NCBI GenBank assembly: GCA_963723165.1
Contig: CAVRPP010000007.1
Coordinates: forward strand, 133,513 to 197,512
DNA from: an uncultured Actinomycetota bacterium
GTDB taxonomy: Bacteria; Actinomycetota; Acidimicrobiia; Spongiisociales; UBA4744
Direction: 5' to 3'
Length of the DNA stretch: 64,000 nucleotides
A program made the translations under genes and the position numbers. This document shows positions 8,981 to 18,657 of the stretch, piece after piece; positions within the stretch are counted from its first letter, which is position 1; every line of letters begins with the position of its first letter. The notes under the pieces are model-generated. The model did not search any database and was not told the origin of the DNA. It saw only the letters and a list, made by a program, of their open reading frames with translations.

Positions 8981-10543
8981 CTACGGAACCGTACAACCGA
9001 GCGCGTCCGGGGGAGTCTCCCGCCAGGTTCCGGGCCGCGGGATGAACGCATCGGCCAGCGCCGGGTCGAACTCGAAACCGGCGACGGCTGAAACGCTGGG
9101 TGGCCGGAAGTGAATCTCGAGACGGTTGCTCGAAACGTCCTTATCGCCGTACATGGCGCCGTAGATGGTGGTCTGGCTAGACGCTCCGAAGGTTCCGCCT
9201 GCATAGATCAAATGATGGATCTGGCCCTCAACAGAGTTGGCACTGTTGGCCATCGTGACATCGCTCGTTGGCTCGACCCCGGCGATCACCACGGTGGCCG
9301 GTGCCAGAGCCGGGTCGCTCACTCCGTTGGGTGTGCCGCGCACTTCGAGGTCGCCCTTGAACGCCAGCACGAAATCGCCTGCCAGGATCGCCTTGTCCAT
9401 GTTGAGAGTGAATGAGCCGGGATCGTTGACGAAGTGCGCTCCGGTCAGGGCCGAGTCGTTGGCCTGGTACCAGGTGTCGAACTGCGCCCAGGTGGCGTGA
9501 TTGAACACCGTCACACCGGCGTCGGTGTACTTGGTTGGATCCCACACGAAATTCGGCAGCGAGATTTGGGGCACCGGGGCGATGCCGGTGGCGTTCCACA
9601 CATACCCCGCCGCAGTGGGTGGAGTGTCAACTGTGGTGGAGGGCCCTGCCACCTGCAGGTTGCGGCCGACCGAAGACTGATTTCCTTTGAACTTCGACTT
9701 GACGAACCCCGATACGGCCGTGTCGTTGAGGATGATGACATCGGCGCCGTTGGTTCCAAACTTGCTGCCCTTGTTGTCCTGTACAAAGCCGTTGACCTTG
9801 GTTTCTCCTGCGATTTCGGCGTTGGCCCCGTTGCTGATGAGCAGGTCGCCGTAGACCAACATCTGGCCAACGCCCGGCGCACCATCATCATTCGGATAGA
9901 TGCGCGTGTAGTTGCCGATGGCCAGGTCGTCGCCGGAGTACGCATCGCCGTAGATCTCTTTCCGGTTGCCGGCCGTCAAGCCGCCCTCGGCGGCGAACAG
10001 GGCGTAGTAAAACCCGCCACCGATCGGGACGAGTTCGACTTCGATCACGACTTTCTTCGAGACTGCCTGCACGGCATTGTGGTTGGGCGCCCATCCCCAC
10101 GACTCGATCAGATACGACCGGGCGGAAGCCAGGGGAAGGGCGCGAACCCAGTACTCACCCTGAACGTCGTTGGTGCCGTCGATGACCGTCTCGAGGGTAT
10201 CCAGATCACAGGTAGTTCCGGTGATGCCGGTGGTGGCCATGCCCGCATCAGCGTCGTCTCGTATGCCCCCCTCGTTGGAGGCAAGCAGGTACATCATTTC
10301 GCGTGCGCCCGCCTCGGCCACGTTGACTGCAGTGGCCAGATGCCGGTCGTACCCGACTTCCTCCAATTCGTGGACCGAGACGGAGTACCAGGTTGCACCC
10401 AGGATGAAGATCACGACGGCCACCGAAAGAGCCGAGGCAATGCCGATCCCGTCATCGTCAAGCAGCAGCTTCTTGAACAAGGCTTTCATGCTGGTGATAT
10501 CGGCACCCCGTGGTCGATTCTGGAGCAGGTCCTCGGCGTTCAT
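8981..10543 (-). CDS. Membrane-anchored large secreted protein with TadE/TadG-like N-terminal hydrophobic segment
   Basis: ATG at 10543 overlaps the stop of the upstream pilin-like gene (ATGA). N-terminus DDDGIGIASALSVAVVIFILGA resembles the Tad-like N-terminal helix. Rest is Gly/Asn/Thr-rich and probably extracellular. Confidence 0.5.
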   Translation of the reverse strand: MNAEDLLQNRPRGADITSMKALFKKLLLDDDGIGIASALSVAVVIFILGATWYSVSVHELEEVGYDRHLATAVNVAEAGAREMMYLLASNEGGIRDDADAGMATTGITGTTCDLDTLETVIDGTNDVQGEYWVRALPLASARSYLIESWGWAPNHNAVQAVSKKVVIEVELVPIGGGFYYALFAAEGGLTAGNRKEIYGDAYSGDDLAIGNYTRIYPNDDGAPGVGQMLVYGDLLISNGANAEIAGETKVNGFVQDNKGSKFGTNGADVIILNDTAVSGFVKSKFKGNQSSVGRNLQVAGPSTTVDTPPTAAGYVWNATGIAPVPQISLPNFVWDPTKYTDAGVTVFNHATWAQFDTWYQANDSALTGAHFVNDPGSFTLNMDKAILAGDFVLAFKGDLEVRGTPNGVSDPALAPATVVIAGVEPTSDVTMANSANSVEGQIHHLIYAGGTFGASSQTTIYGAMYGDKDVSSNRLEIHFRPPSVSAVAGFEFDPALADAFIPRPGTWRETPPDALGCTVP

Positions 10544-11187
10544 GGGCAATTGGCCGAGTTGGGGGTCCAGATGTTTCGACCCGAGATCTCTGTTGTACCG
10601 AGCCGGGCGTTGATCCGGTCGTTGATGTTCTGATCGACCCAGATCCGGATGGTGATGACCTTTCCCTGGGAAGGAAGCGCCGACGCCACCCCACCCTGGT
10701 TGGTGAACACGGGCACTCCGACCGTTCCCAGTGGCCGGCCCACTTTGGTGTTGTAGTCGTCGTCAACGATGGTCTCGTTCTGGACCCCGCCGATCACGGT
10801 GCGCCAGGTGACGCCATCGTCTGAGGATCGTCGCAAGTCGGTGGCTTGTCCGTCGCCGTCGTCGTCGCGGAGTTCGTAGATGAGGTCAACAAAACCCACG
10901 GCACTGGTGGTGGCCGTGTAAGCGCGAGTGCGGAATTCCAACCGATCGGAATCGAAGCCGGGGAGCGGGTCGCACACTCGTTCGGCGCTCCGAAAGTCGC
11001 GGTCCAGCTGCTGCAGAACGAGGCGAACGTCGTCGTTGGAGCGTGCGGTACCCTCCAGGTCACGGGTGGCGAACATCGTGGTTCGTAGCAGGGACAGGAA
11101 GACGGCCGCGACAATCGTCATCAGCATCATGGCCACCATCAGCTCGGCGAGGGACAGGCCACGATCTGAGCGGTGCAGGCGGCTCAT
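10540..11187 (-). CDS. Prepilin-type N-terminal cleavage/methylation domain protein (pseudopilin-like)
   Basis: Internal start MSRLHRSDRG|LSLAELMVAMMLMTIV matches the G|xxxxE prepilin motif followed by a hydrophobic helix. TGATG junction with the upstream gene. Confidence 0.6.
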   Translation of the reverse strand: MSRLHRSDRGLSLAELMVAMMLMTIVAAVFLSLLRTTMFATRDLEGTARSNDDVRLVLQQLDRDFRSAERVCDPLPGFDSDRLEFRTRAYTATTSAVGFVDLIYELRDDDGDGQATDLRRSSDDGVTWRTVIGGVQNETIVDDDYNTKVGRPLGTVGVPVFTNQGGVASALPSQGKVITIRIWVDQNINDRINARLGTTEISGRNIWTPNSANCP

Positions 11188-13118
11188 CAGCTGGCATCCG
11201 GATCGATGTAGAGAGCCGTGACCCCGACTCCGCCCAGGTCGAAGGTGAGGTTGACGTTGTAGAGGGTGCCGTCCAAGAGGAGGTCGGCGTCGACCAGGGT
11301 GTCGACCACGCGGTAACTGATGTTTCCGGTAACCATCCCCGTGGCCTGGAATCGAGCTTCGGAAACGTCCATGTTGGTGTCTTCGGTGTAGGACCGACAC
11401 GGCGTGCGGACCAGAATCGACCCCTGGATCTCGTAGTGCAGTTGAGGGTCACCGCTCGGTGTGATATCCCAGGTGAGCGGCCCGCCGGCACCGTCGCCGA
11501 TGTCTATTACGTCTGGTGCCGGAAGAGCCGAGCAACTCCCGATAGCACCAAATCCTGAGTAGATGGTGACGTATTTGCCGGGAGGGGATGGATCCCAGAC
11601 CTTGATGATCACATCCCCGCTGGTGGACACTGCGGGCGGACGGGCCGCATTCTGACCTGCAGCGAGATCGGTGCCGGATAACCGAGGGGTCTCAACAATG
11701 ACCCAGCCTTTGAACTTGTTGTTCTCCAGCGGGCCGACCGAGTCCGGGAAGAGGTAGATAGGCTCGCCCTCCCAGCTGTAGTCAATGCGCACCTGGCGGT
11801 CGGTGGAGGGAGAAGGAGCGTTGTAGCGGTCGACATTGGCCGAATAGTCGAGCGCCGGGCCGACGGAATCGTGTCCGCGGGCAACAAATGCGAATTCGTA
11901 GAACGCGGCATCCAAAGACGCGCCCAGTTTTGCTTCATACAAGGTGCGAACCGCAGCGTCCGAGTATTCGATGAAGCCCCCGTTGGTGCGGTCGGCCGAA
12001 ACCAACCCGAACCCGGCATATGGCAGGCCATCTACTTTCGGGTCCAGGCCCGTCGGGTTGTATTCGGTCCACAGCTCGGCCCAATACTCGCTGGCTTTCG
12101 GAGCCAGGAGGTTGGTGAGGTCGGCGACATTGAAGTCGTAAGGGTGGGCGCCGCTGATCTGAAATGGGGGCGGCAGGGTGGTCAGGATAGCGTTGGAGTC
12201 GTCCAAGGGTGCGGTCGAGACTGCGTCGTCATCGGCTGCTCGCAGCACGTCAACCGGTTCCGGACGAACAATGACATCGTCGGCGGTATTGAACAATCCG
12301 TCCGGCCCGGCGTACCTCACCTCTCCGGAGGTGGCCGAGCTTCGCACGATCTCGGATGAGATGTAGTCGCTGGTACCGGAGACAAACCCGTCTGAGAAGA
12401 CAAGATTTGCCTGGAAAAGCCCTCGTGGAGCTGCCACCCAGGCGCGGGATCCGCTCACATCGCCGGTTACGGTCAGCGAGCCACCGTCCATCGTCACCTC
12501 GCCGTGCATGAGCGGCTGCGACGGCTCGGTGAAGGGAGAAACGAGGGTGGAGAGGCGCACGTCGTGCGGCAGGCCGCCGGGAGCTTGCCAGGCAACCATG
12601 GAGGTTATGCGCCGGTACTTCTCGGTGGCCGGATCGAGCGGATCCGTCCGCACCGACGTCACGAACAAGTAGCGGTCGAAGTCGGTGTTATCTCGCGTTT
12701 GGAGATCGTGAAACGAGAGGAACGGGTCGAAGGTTGCTCCGTTCACGAAGACGATCTCCTCCCCTCCAAAATCCCAGTTGCTTGTCAATGGGTTCAATGT
12801 CAGGTCGGTGCCGAAGACACCCGTGACCGGGTCGCTGAACGTCGTACAGCCGACCTCGGTCGGACAGGTAGTTCCGTTGGCGAGTGATGTCAGGCCCATG
12901 TGATTCCACTCGAGCGACCGGGCCCTTTCCAGTAACTCCGAAGCGAAAGCCGTTGCCGACGCCTGGCGTTTGGTCTCGACGATGACGCGGGTTCCCGTGT
13001 CCATGGTTCGCAGCAGGGCGACTACCAGAGCGAAAACGATGGCCAGCGCCACGACCGACTCGACAATCGTGAACCCTGATTCCCCGTGCAACCGCGCGGC
13101 AAAGCGCTTCCCAATCAT
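11187..13118 (-). CDS. Large (643 aa) prepilin-type N-terminal domain protein (giant pseudopilin / tip-adhesin-like)
   Basis: N-terminus ESG|FTIVESVVALAIVFALV is a near-canonical type IV pilin G|FTLIE motif. The long C-terminal region is beta-rich and extracellular-looking. Confidence 0.6.
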   Translation of the reverse strand: MIGKRFAARLHGESGFTIVESVVALAIVFALVVALLRTMDTGTRVIVETKRQASATAFASELLERARSLEWNHMGLTSLANGTTCPTEVGCTTFSDPVTGVFGTDLTLNPLTSNWDFGGEEIVFVNGATFDPFLSFHDLQTRDNTDFDRYLFVTSVRTDPLDPATEKYRRITSMVAWQAPGGLPHDVRLSTLVSPFTEPSQPLMHGEVTMDGGSLTVTGDVSGSRAWVAAPRGLFQANLVFSDGFVSGTSDYISSEIVRSSATSGEVRYAGPDGLFNTADDVIVRPEPVDVLRAADDDAVSTAPLDDSNAILTTLPPPFQISGAHPYDFNVADLTNLLAPKASEYWAELWTEYNPTGLDPKVDGLPYAGFGLVSADRTNGGFIEYSDAAVRTLYEAKLGASLDAAFYEFAFVARGHDSVGPALDYSANVDRYNAPSPSTDRQVRIDYSWEGEPIYLFPDSVGPLENNKFKGWVIVETPRLSGTDLAAGQNAARPPAVSTSGDVIIKVWDPSPPGKYVTIYSGFGAIGSCSALPAPDVIDIGDGAGGPLTWDITPSGDPQLHYEIQGSILVRTPCRSYTEDTNMDVSEARFQATGMVTGNISYRVVDTLVDADLLLDGTLYNVNLTFDLGGVGVTALYIDPDAS

Positions 13119-13174
13119 GGGTTGGTTATCGGCGCCTCAGACCAGGTTCTGTATAGCCAATACCGACGATCGAA

Positions 13175-13519
13175 TCAGTGCGGCAGGGGTTCCAGGTCGA
13201 TCGGGAGCCCGGCTTGATGCCAGGCGATGATGCCGCCGGCCAGGTTGAGGACATTCTCCATCCCGGCCTCACGCATGAGGGCTGCAACGGCCATAGCGGA
13301 ACGGTTGCCCGACCGGCATTGCAGGATAACCGTACGGTCTCGCGGCAACTCCTCGAACCAGTCGTTGATCTCCGAAAGGGGCATGAACTCGGCTCCGGGG
13401 ATGCGGACTTCCTCCCATTCGTCGGCTTCGCGAATGTCCACCATCAGAGCTCCGGCAGCCATTAGGCCGGAAGCCCCGGTCGGATCGGTTTCGGGTACGC
13501 CCCCGAAGAGGTCGGTCAT
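13175..13519 (-). CDS. Single-domain rhodanese (sulfurtransferase)
   Basis: Active-site loop CRSGNRS and rhodanese fold motifs. Confidence 0.8.
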   Translation of the reverse strand: MTDLFGGVPETDPTGASGLMAAGALMVDIREADEWEEVRIPGAEFMPLSEINDWFEELPRDRTVILQCRSGNRSAMAVAALMREAGMENVLNLAGGIIAWHQAGLPIDLEPLPH

Positions 13520-13617
13520 GGCGAGGACGATAGTCGAGATGGGCTCTTCGCCAATTGTCGCCGGGAGCTCCAGTCGCCCGGTAGCCTTTGGTGGTGCAAA
13601 TCCCCACTTCTCGTTCT

Positions 13618-14853
13618 ATGCCTGGAACGTACCGGCCCGGTGCGACCCGGCGCCGGATCGGTTCGGTCGTGGTTGGAGCCTTGCTGATATCGGCGTTCTC
13701 CGTTGGTCCAGTCGCCGCCCTGGGTTCGGCAGAAGAACGGGTGTTGACGATTGGGGAGGTCGGTGGGATGTCCCCGGAGGTCGAGGCAACCATCACCTCC
13801 GCGGCGGAAAGGTTCGGTGCCCGTTGGGCAACGTTCCATCGCGGGACCTTACGGATGACTGCGGTGGAGCGAGGTGACGAGATCGTCCAGGAGGCGCCCT
13901 CCGGCTACTTCTACCCTATGTCGACGACTGCAGTGGAAGGGAGACGAGCGGCCCCTCTGCTGGGGGACAAAGTGACCGCGGTGCTCTTGAGCGGCCGGGT
14001 GGTGTTCGGTGAAACATCAGCGAAGTTGCGCGGGGCGATGGTGGGAGATCGGGTGACCCTGATCGGATGGGACGGACGGAGTTATCAATTCGACGTCGGC
14101 GCCATCGTGGCCGACGAGTTGATCGGCTGGGCGGAACTGGTTCTGGATGCGGAAGTTGCTTCGAAGATCGGCTTCGACCGTGCTTCGTTTGTCGCCCTGT
14201 GGGACTACGGACCCGAGGATGAGTTGTTGCTGGCCCTGTGGTCCCGTGTACCCGACGCCCTGCTCACCATCAACACTTCCTTCGACCCCGACGATCCCGA
14301 TGCGGTCTTGCCCACCGTCCTGGTCAAAGAGAAGTTTGGCGAGTTTGCCTACCGTCCTACGAGCGGGGACCGCATCATCCTGGATTCAGCATGGCGTCGC
14401 GCCAACATCGTCAATGTTGATCTCCCGTATCTGGGCCCTTTCCGCTGCCACAAAGACATCGTGCCGCTGCTCGAAGGAGCTATCGAGGAGATAGAGACCC
14501 AGGGTCTGGCCTGGATGATCGATCGCCAGGATTTTCAGATCGCAGGAGGGTGCTACAACGCCCGCCTGATCCGGGGCGGCGACAAGGGTGGGGCTGTGTC
14601 CCGCCACACGTGGGGCATTGCCGTTGACATCAATCCCGGCGACAACCCCTACGGTGGCCGGGTGGGAATGGACGTCCGTATCGGTGAGATCTTCCGCAAG
14701 TGGGGTTTTGCCTGGGGGGCCGGTTGGCGTTACACCGACGGCGGTCACTTCGAGTGGACCCACTCGGCGGCCGAAGCTGCGGTCGCCCTCAATCCCGGCA
14801 GCCGGTCACCCGCCACCGGCGATCTCTTCGGGGAATCCGACGGGTGGAGTTAG
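13618..14853 (+). CDS. Secreted peptidase M15 (VanY-like D-Ala-D-Ala carboxypeptidase) family protein
   Basis: Signal peptide after an internal start. C-terminal Zn-binding motifs HTWGIAVDINP and DGGHFEW. Confidence 0.75.
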   Translation: MPGTYRPGATRRRIGSVVVGALLISAFSVGPVAALGSAEERVLTIGEVGGMSPEVEATITSAAERFGARWATFHRGTLRMTAVERGDEIVQEAPSGYFYPMSTTAVEGRRAAPLLGDKVTAVLLSGRVVFGETSAKLRGAMVGDRVTLIGWDGRSYQFDVGAIVADELIGWAELVLDAEVASKIGFDRASFVALWDYGPEDELLLALWSRVPDALLTINTSFDPDDPDAVLPTVLVKEKFGEFAYRPTSGDRIILDSAWRRANIVNVDLPYLGPFRCHKDIVPLLEGAIEEIETQGLAWMIDRQDFQIAGGCYNARLIRGGDKGGAVSRHTWGIAVDINPGDNPYGGRVGMDVRIGEIFRKWGFAWGAGWRYTDGGHFEWTHSAAEAAVALNPGSRSPATGDLFGESDGWS

Positions 14854-15051
14854 CTCTACCGGAGAGACCGAACCCCGTGTAGTGTCAGAACTGAGTGAGG
14901 TGCTGTACGACGACTGAGTTTTGGCTGCGGTCCTCTCGCCCTGCGCTCGGCGTGCTTTTGCGCACCCGGGCCGACCAATGTGCTGTCCCCCCACTGCTCT
15001 GCTGCGCGCAACAACCATCTGCGGCCTTTGGCCGTCGGAGGAAGGAGACTC

Positions 15052-16185
15052 ATGCAGGTTGACCAGATTCGGCAATTCACCAACTCCACGTACCCGGTGT
15101 TGTCCGTTTATGTGAACCGGGTCGGCACTCCCCGGGACCGAACCTCGACCGGGGCCAGGCTTTCGGAGTTGCTCCGCCCGATTCGCGAGGCCGTCGACGG
15201 TGGAGGGCTGAGTCACGAGGCAGCCATGTCATTGCGATCCGATTTGAAGACCGTTCAGAATCTGGCCGATCGCATTGATGCCGACCCTGCATCGGTTGCC
15301 GTTTTTTCGTGTCATGGTGCCGACTGGTTTCACTACGTGCCTGTGAGCAGACCGGTGTGGGATGTAGCCCGGATCGGGAACCGGGCATACCTTCGTCCCC
15401 TCCGGTTGGCCGAGCAGGAATTCCGGTCGGCAGTTGTGATCTTCGAGCCTCGACGCTCGGTGTTGTTCGTCAAGAGTGGTGAGGTGTTCACCGAATACGG
15501 CGAGGTCGTCGAGGAGTCGATAAGAAAGTCCAACTACGGCGGTTTCGCCGGTTACGAGGAGCGCGGGGTCCGAAGCCATGCCGACGCAGTCGTGCAGCGC
15601 CATTTCAAGGAGACCGCCGACCTCGTGTTTCGCCTCTTCCAGAGCGAGGGATTCGATTTCCTCTTCCTGGGCGGACATCAGGATTCGATCGAGGAGGGGT
15701 CAGGACTCCTCCATCCGTACGTACAGGCGCGGGTCGCAGGCTCGTTTGTCATCGATACACACACGATGACACCTGCCCTGGTCAAAGAGCAGGTTGTCGT
15801 CCTCGAGCAGGCAGCCGTCGCCGCCCGCGAGGCGGACCGGGTGCAGGAACTACTCGATACGGCCGGAGCGGGAGGCCAGGCGGTGCTCGGCATCGCCGGC
15901 GTGCTGGCAGCGGTCAACGCTCGGGCGATCAACCGTTTGATCGTTTCCGGGAGCTTCACCAAGGAAGGAACCGTGTGCGAATCCTGCGGCTGGCTCGCCC
16001 GGAACGGCACGAACTGCCCGGTCTGCGGATCGGTGACCCGACCAACCGAGGACCTTGTGGACGAGATCATCGAGACAACGATCGGAGAGAGTGGCGAAGT
16101 TCTTCAGGTGTCGATTGCTTCGGCCCTCGACCGTCAGGCCATCGGAGCGTTGCTCCGCTTCCCGCTGCCGGCCGGCATCACGTAG
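15052..16185 (+). CDS. eRF1-like (bacterial archaeo-eukaryotic release factor family, Rv2629-like) protein with C-terminal zinc ribbon
   Basis: ATG preceded by GAAGGAG. eRF1-like domain organisation. CESCGW...CPVCG zinc ribbon at the C-terminus. Confidence 0.5.
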   Translation: MQVDQIRQFTNSTYPVLSVYVNRVGTPRDRTSTGARLSELLRPIREAVDGGGLSHEAAMSLRSDLKTVQNLADRIDADPASVAVFSCHGADWFHYVPVSRPVWDVARIGNRAYLRPLRLAEQEFRSAVVIFEPRRSVLFVKSGEVFTEYGEVVEESIRKSNYGGFAGYEERGVRSHADAVVQRHFKETADLVFRLFQSEGFDFLFLGGHQDSIEEGSGLLHPYVQARVAGSFVIDTHTMTPALVKEQVVVLEQAAVAAREADRVQELLDTAGAGGQAVLGIAGVLAAVNARAINRLIVSGSFTKEGTVCESCGWLARNGTNCPVCGSVTRPTEDLVDEIIETTIGESGEVLQVSIASALDRQAIGALLRFPLPAGIT

Positions 16186-16262
16186 GCGATCGCTGCCCTG
16201 TCGACCATGCAGAAACGCGCTGGAGATGTGGTCGGAGCTTTGCAGTCCGATAACGTAGGGCC

Positions 16263-17348
16263 ATGACGGACGAGCAGACACGCCTCGAGCAGTGGAAACA
16301 GGATGGCAAGAGCGCGGCTGTTGCCACAGTGGTACGTGTGCAGGGATCGGCCCCCCGACCGGAAGGATCGAGGTTGCTGGTGTCCTCGGCCGAGGAACTG
16401 GAGGGGTCGGTCAGCGGAGGTTGTGTCGAGAACGATGTAGCGCTCCATGCGCTGCAGGTGCTCACATCGGGTCAACCCAAACTGGTGACCTACGGCATCG
16501 CCGACGAGGACGCCTTCGAGGTTGGCCTGGCCTGCGGGGGGACGATCCAGGTGTATATCGAACCGGCCGAGGCAGATGAAATCACCGGGGCCGTCGAGCA
16601 GTTGGTTTCCGGCGGGCGCCTGGGCGCCCGCGTCATGGCAGTTACCGGTGGGGAATGGAAGGCCGTCATCGATGCGAAGGACGGCATCGTGGCCGGGTCG
16701 ATCCCCGACGCGCTCGTCGGCGATGTCACTAGTGATGCAGTTCGCCTCATGACCGACGAGAAGAGCCGGACCCTCAGCTATGGCGATACTGATGTCTTCT
16801 TCGAGTCGATCGCTCCGCCACCCCGGTTGCTGGTTTTCGGAGCCGGCCCCTTCGCAGAACCGCTCTGCAAGCTTGGTTCACAGGTCGGTTATCAGGTGAC
16901 GGTGATCGATCCGCGACCTGCTTTTGCCCGTGCCGAGCTGTTTCCCGATGCTCACGAGGTGATTGTTGCCTGGCCGGAAAGTGTGCTCGATACCCGGCCC
17001 TGGGATGGGAGTTATGTGGTCGTGTTAAACCACAATCAGCGTCTGGAGGATCCTGTGATCCGGCGGGCGCTGGCCGAACCCATTGCCTATCTCGGGGTGA
17101 TGGGCAGCAGGCGAACTCATGCCGACCGGCTGGCGAGGTTGACCGCAGATGGTTTCCCGCCGGCCGACCAGGAGAAGATCTACGGTCCGATCGGGTTGGA
17201 CATTGGAGCCGAGACGCCGGCGGAAGTCGCGCTGTCGATCTTGGCCGAAATGACGACAGTCCGTTACGGCAGCGGGGCAGGCGATTCATTGAAGGGGACA
17301 CAGGGAAGGATCCATCCGCAACGGAAGGACGACCAGGGAGACGTATAG
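16263..17348 (+). CDS. XdhC/CoxI family molybdoenzyme maturation factor
   Basis: XdhC_CoxI N-terminal domain plus Rossmann-like C-terminal domain (LLVFGAGPFAEPL). Confidence 0.85.
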   Translation: MTDEQTRLEQWKQDGKSAAVATVVRVQGSAPRPEGSRLLVSSAEELEGSVSGGCVENDVALHALQVLTSGQPKLVTYGIADEDAFEVGLACGGTIQVYIEPAEADEITGAVEQLVSGGRLGARVMAVTGGEWKAVIDAKDGIVAGSIPDALVGDVTSDAVRLMTDEKSRTLSYGDTDVFFESIAPPPRLLVFGAGPFAEPLCKLGSQVGYQVTVIDPRPAFARAELFPDAHEVIVAWPESVLDTRPWDGSYVVVLNHNQRLEDPVIRRALAEPIAYLGVMGSRRTHADRLARLTADGFPPADQEKIYGPIGLDIGAETPAEVALSILAEMTTVRYGSGAGDSLKGTQGRIHPQRKDDQGDV

Positions 17349-17379
17349 TGATCCGCGTCATCAATCACCCGTTTCACCC

Positions 17380-17970
17380 ATGAGCATTACCGCCCTCATC
17401 CTGGCCGCCGGACCTTCGACTCGTCTCGGTCGGCCAAAGCAACTGCTTCCGTGGGGAGGTCCGACACTTCTGGAGAAAGTTGTTCATCAGACGTTGACGT
17501 GGCCGGTTGATTCCGTGTGGGTGGTGCTTGGGAGCCGGTACCAGGAAATCCTGGACACGGTCGATTTCGGTGATGCCGGTGTCATTGAGAACCCCGAATG
17601 GGAGGAAGGGATGGCCTCATCGATGCGCGTCGGTCTCGACTCGGCCAGTCGCGATCCTTCCGCCGAAGCCGCCTTCATCGTGATGGGTGATCAACCCGGC
17701 ATCGATCCGACGGTGGTAGCTGCCGTGCTGGATCACCGCCATTCGAGTGATGCCCTTGCCATCGTCCCGAAGTACCGGTACGTGCGCGGCCACCCCGTCC
17801 TGGTCGCCCGGGCGCTATGGGCGCGACTGATGAGCCTGGAAGGCGACCAAGGGGGACGCAATCTTCTGCAAGCCCATCCGGACTGGGTCGAAGAGGTCTT
17901 CTTTGAGCAACTGGCCCCCCGCGACGTCGATACCTCCGACGACGTGACGGATCTGCAACCGCGCGGGTAG
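17380..17970 (+). CDS. mocA: Molybdenum cofactor cytidylyltransferase (MocA/MobA-like nucleotidyltransferase)
   Basis: ALILAAGPSTRLGRPKQLLP nucleotidyltransferase motif. Adjacent to xdhC. Confidence 0.8.
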   Translation: MSITALILAAGPSTRLGRPKQLLPWGGPTLLEKVVHQTLTWPVDSVWVVLGSRYQEILDTVDFGDAGVIENPEWEEGMASSMRVGLDSASRDPSAEAAFIVMGDQPGIDPTVVAAVLDHRHSSDALAIVPKYRYVRGHPVLVARALWARLMSLEGDQGGRNLLQAHPDWVEEVFFEQLAPRDVDTSDDVTDLQPRG

Positions 17971-18183
17971 GCATCAGTCATCCATGCCAACCGGGAGACA
18001 TTCTTCCTGTGGCCGATTGATCGGGTCTTGTGTTTGCCCGAACTTCGCATCAACCCGCATGGCAAGTCGGCCCGGGGTCCCACCGTCCGGCTTCGATTCC
18101 TCCCGGCATGCCGATCAGGTCGCTGGCTAGTCTGGCCGCTGGGCCGCGTTGCGGAGGATGTTGGAGCACAGGAAGGGAGTGGG

Positions 18184-18588
18184 ATGGCCACTATTGACGC
18201 GATTGCAGGATTGGATCCCAAGACTGCAACCAGGTTCCGCAAATCGAGAGTGCGGACCACCGAGGCTCTCCTCAAACGAGCTGCCACGCGGCGCGGGCGC
18301 AAGGAACTCGCCGCCGCTACCCGGCTGGACGAGAAGCAAATACTCGTTTGGTTGAACCGTGCCGACTTGATGCGCGTCAAGGGTATTGGTTCGGAATACT
18401 CAGACCTGCTCGAGGCCGCCGGCGTCGACACCATCAAAGAGTTGCGGAGACGCAATCCGGTTTCACTCGCAAAGAAGATGGTGCAGATCAATGAGGCGAA
18501 GAAGCTTGTGCAAAGGCTCCCGACCGAGGGGATGGTGGAGAGCTGGGTGGCTCACGCCTCGGAGTTAGAACCTGTGATCTCCCATTGA
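18184..18588 (+). CDS. DUF4332 domain protein
   Basis: Internal ATG with GGAAGGGAG RBS. DUF4332-like helix-hairpin-helix region (GIGSEYSDLLEAAGVDTIKEL). Confidence 0.55.
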   Translation: MATIDAIAGLDPKTATRFRKSRVRTTEALLKRAATRRGRKELAAATRLDEKQILVWLNRADLMRVKGIGSEYSDLLEAAGVDTIKELRRRNPVSLAKKMVQINEAKKLVQRLPTEGMVESWVAHASELEPVISH

Positions 18589-18610
18589 TTCTCTGACCGG
18601 ATAGATCGAG

Positions 18611-18635
18611 GGGGCCCGTCGTGGGCCCCCTCTCT
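18611..18635. terminator. Bidirectional intrinsic terminator (10 bp GC stem, 5 nt loop) between convergent genes
   Basis: GAGGGGGCCCGTCGTGGGCCCCCTC is followed by TCTTCTC on the plus strand. It sits between the two convergent stop codons. Confidence 0.6.
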
Positions 18636-18657
18636 TCTCGCCGGCTTGTCGCTCGGC

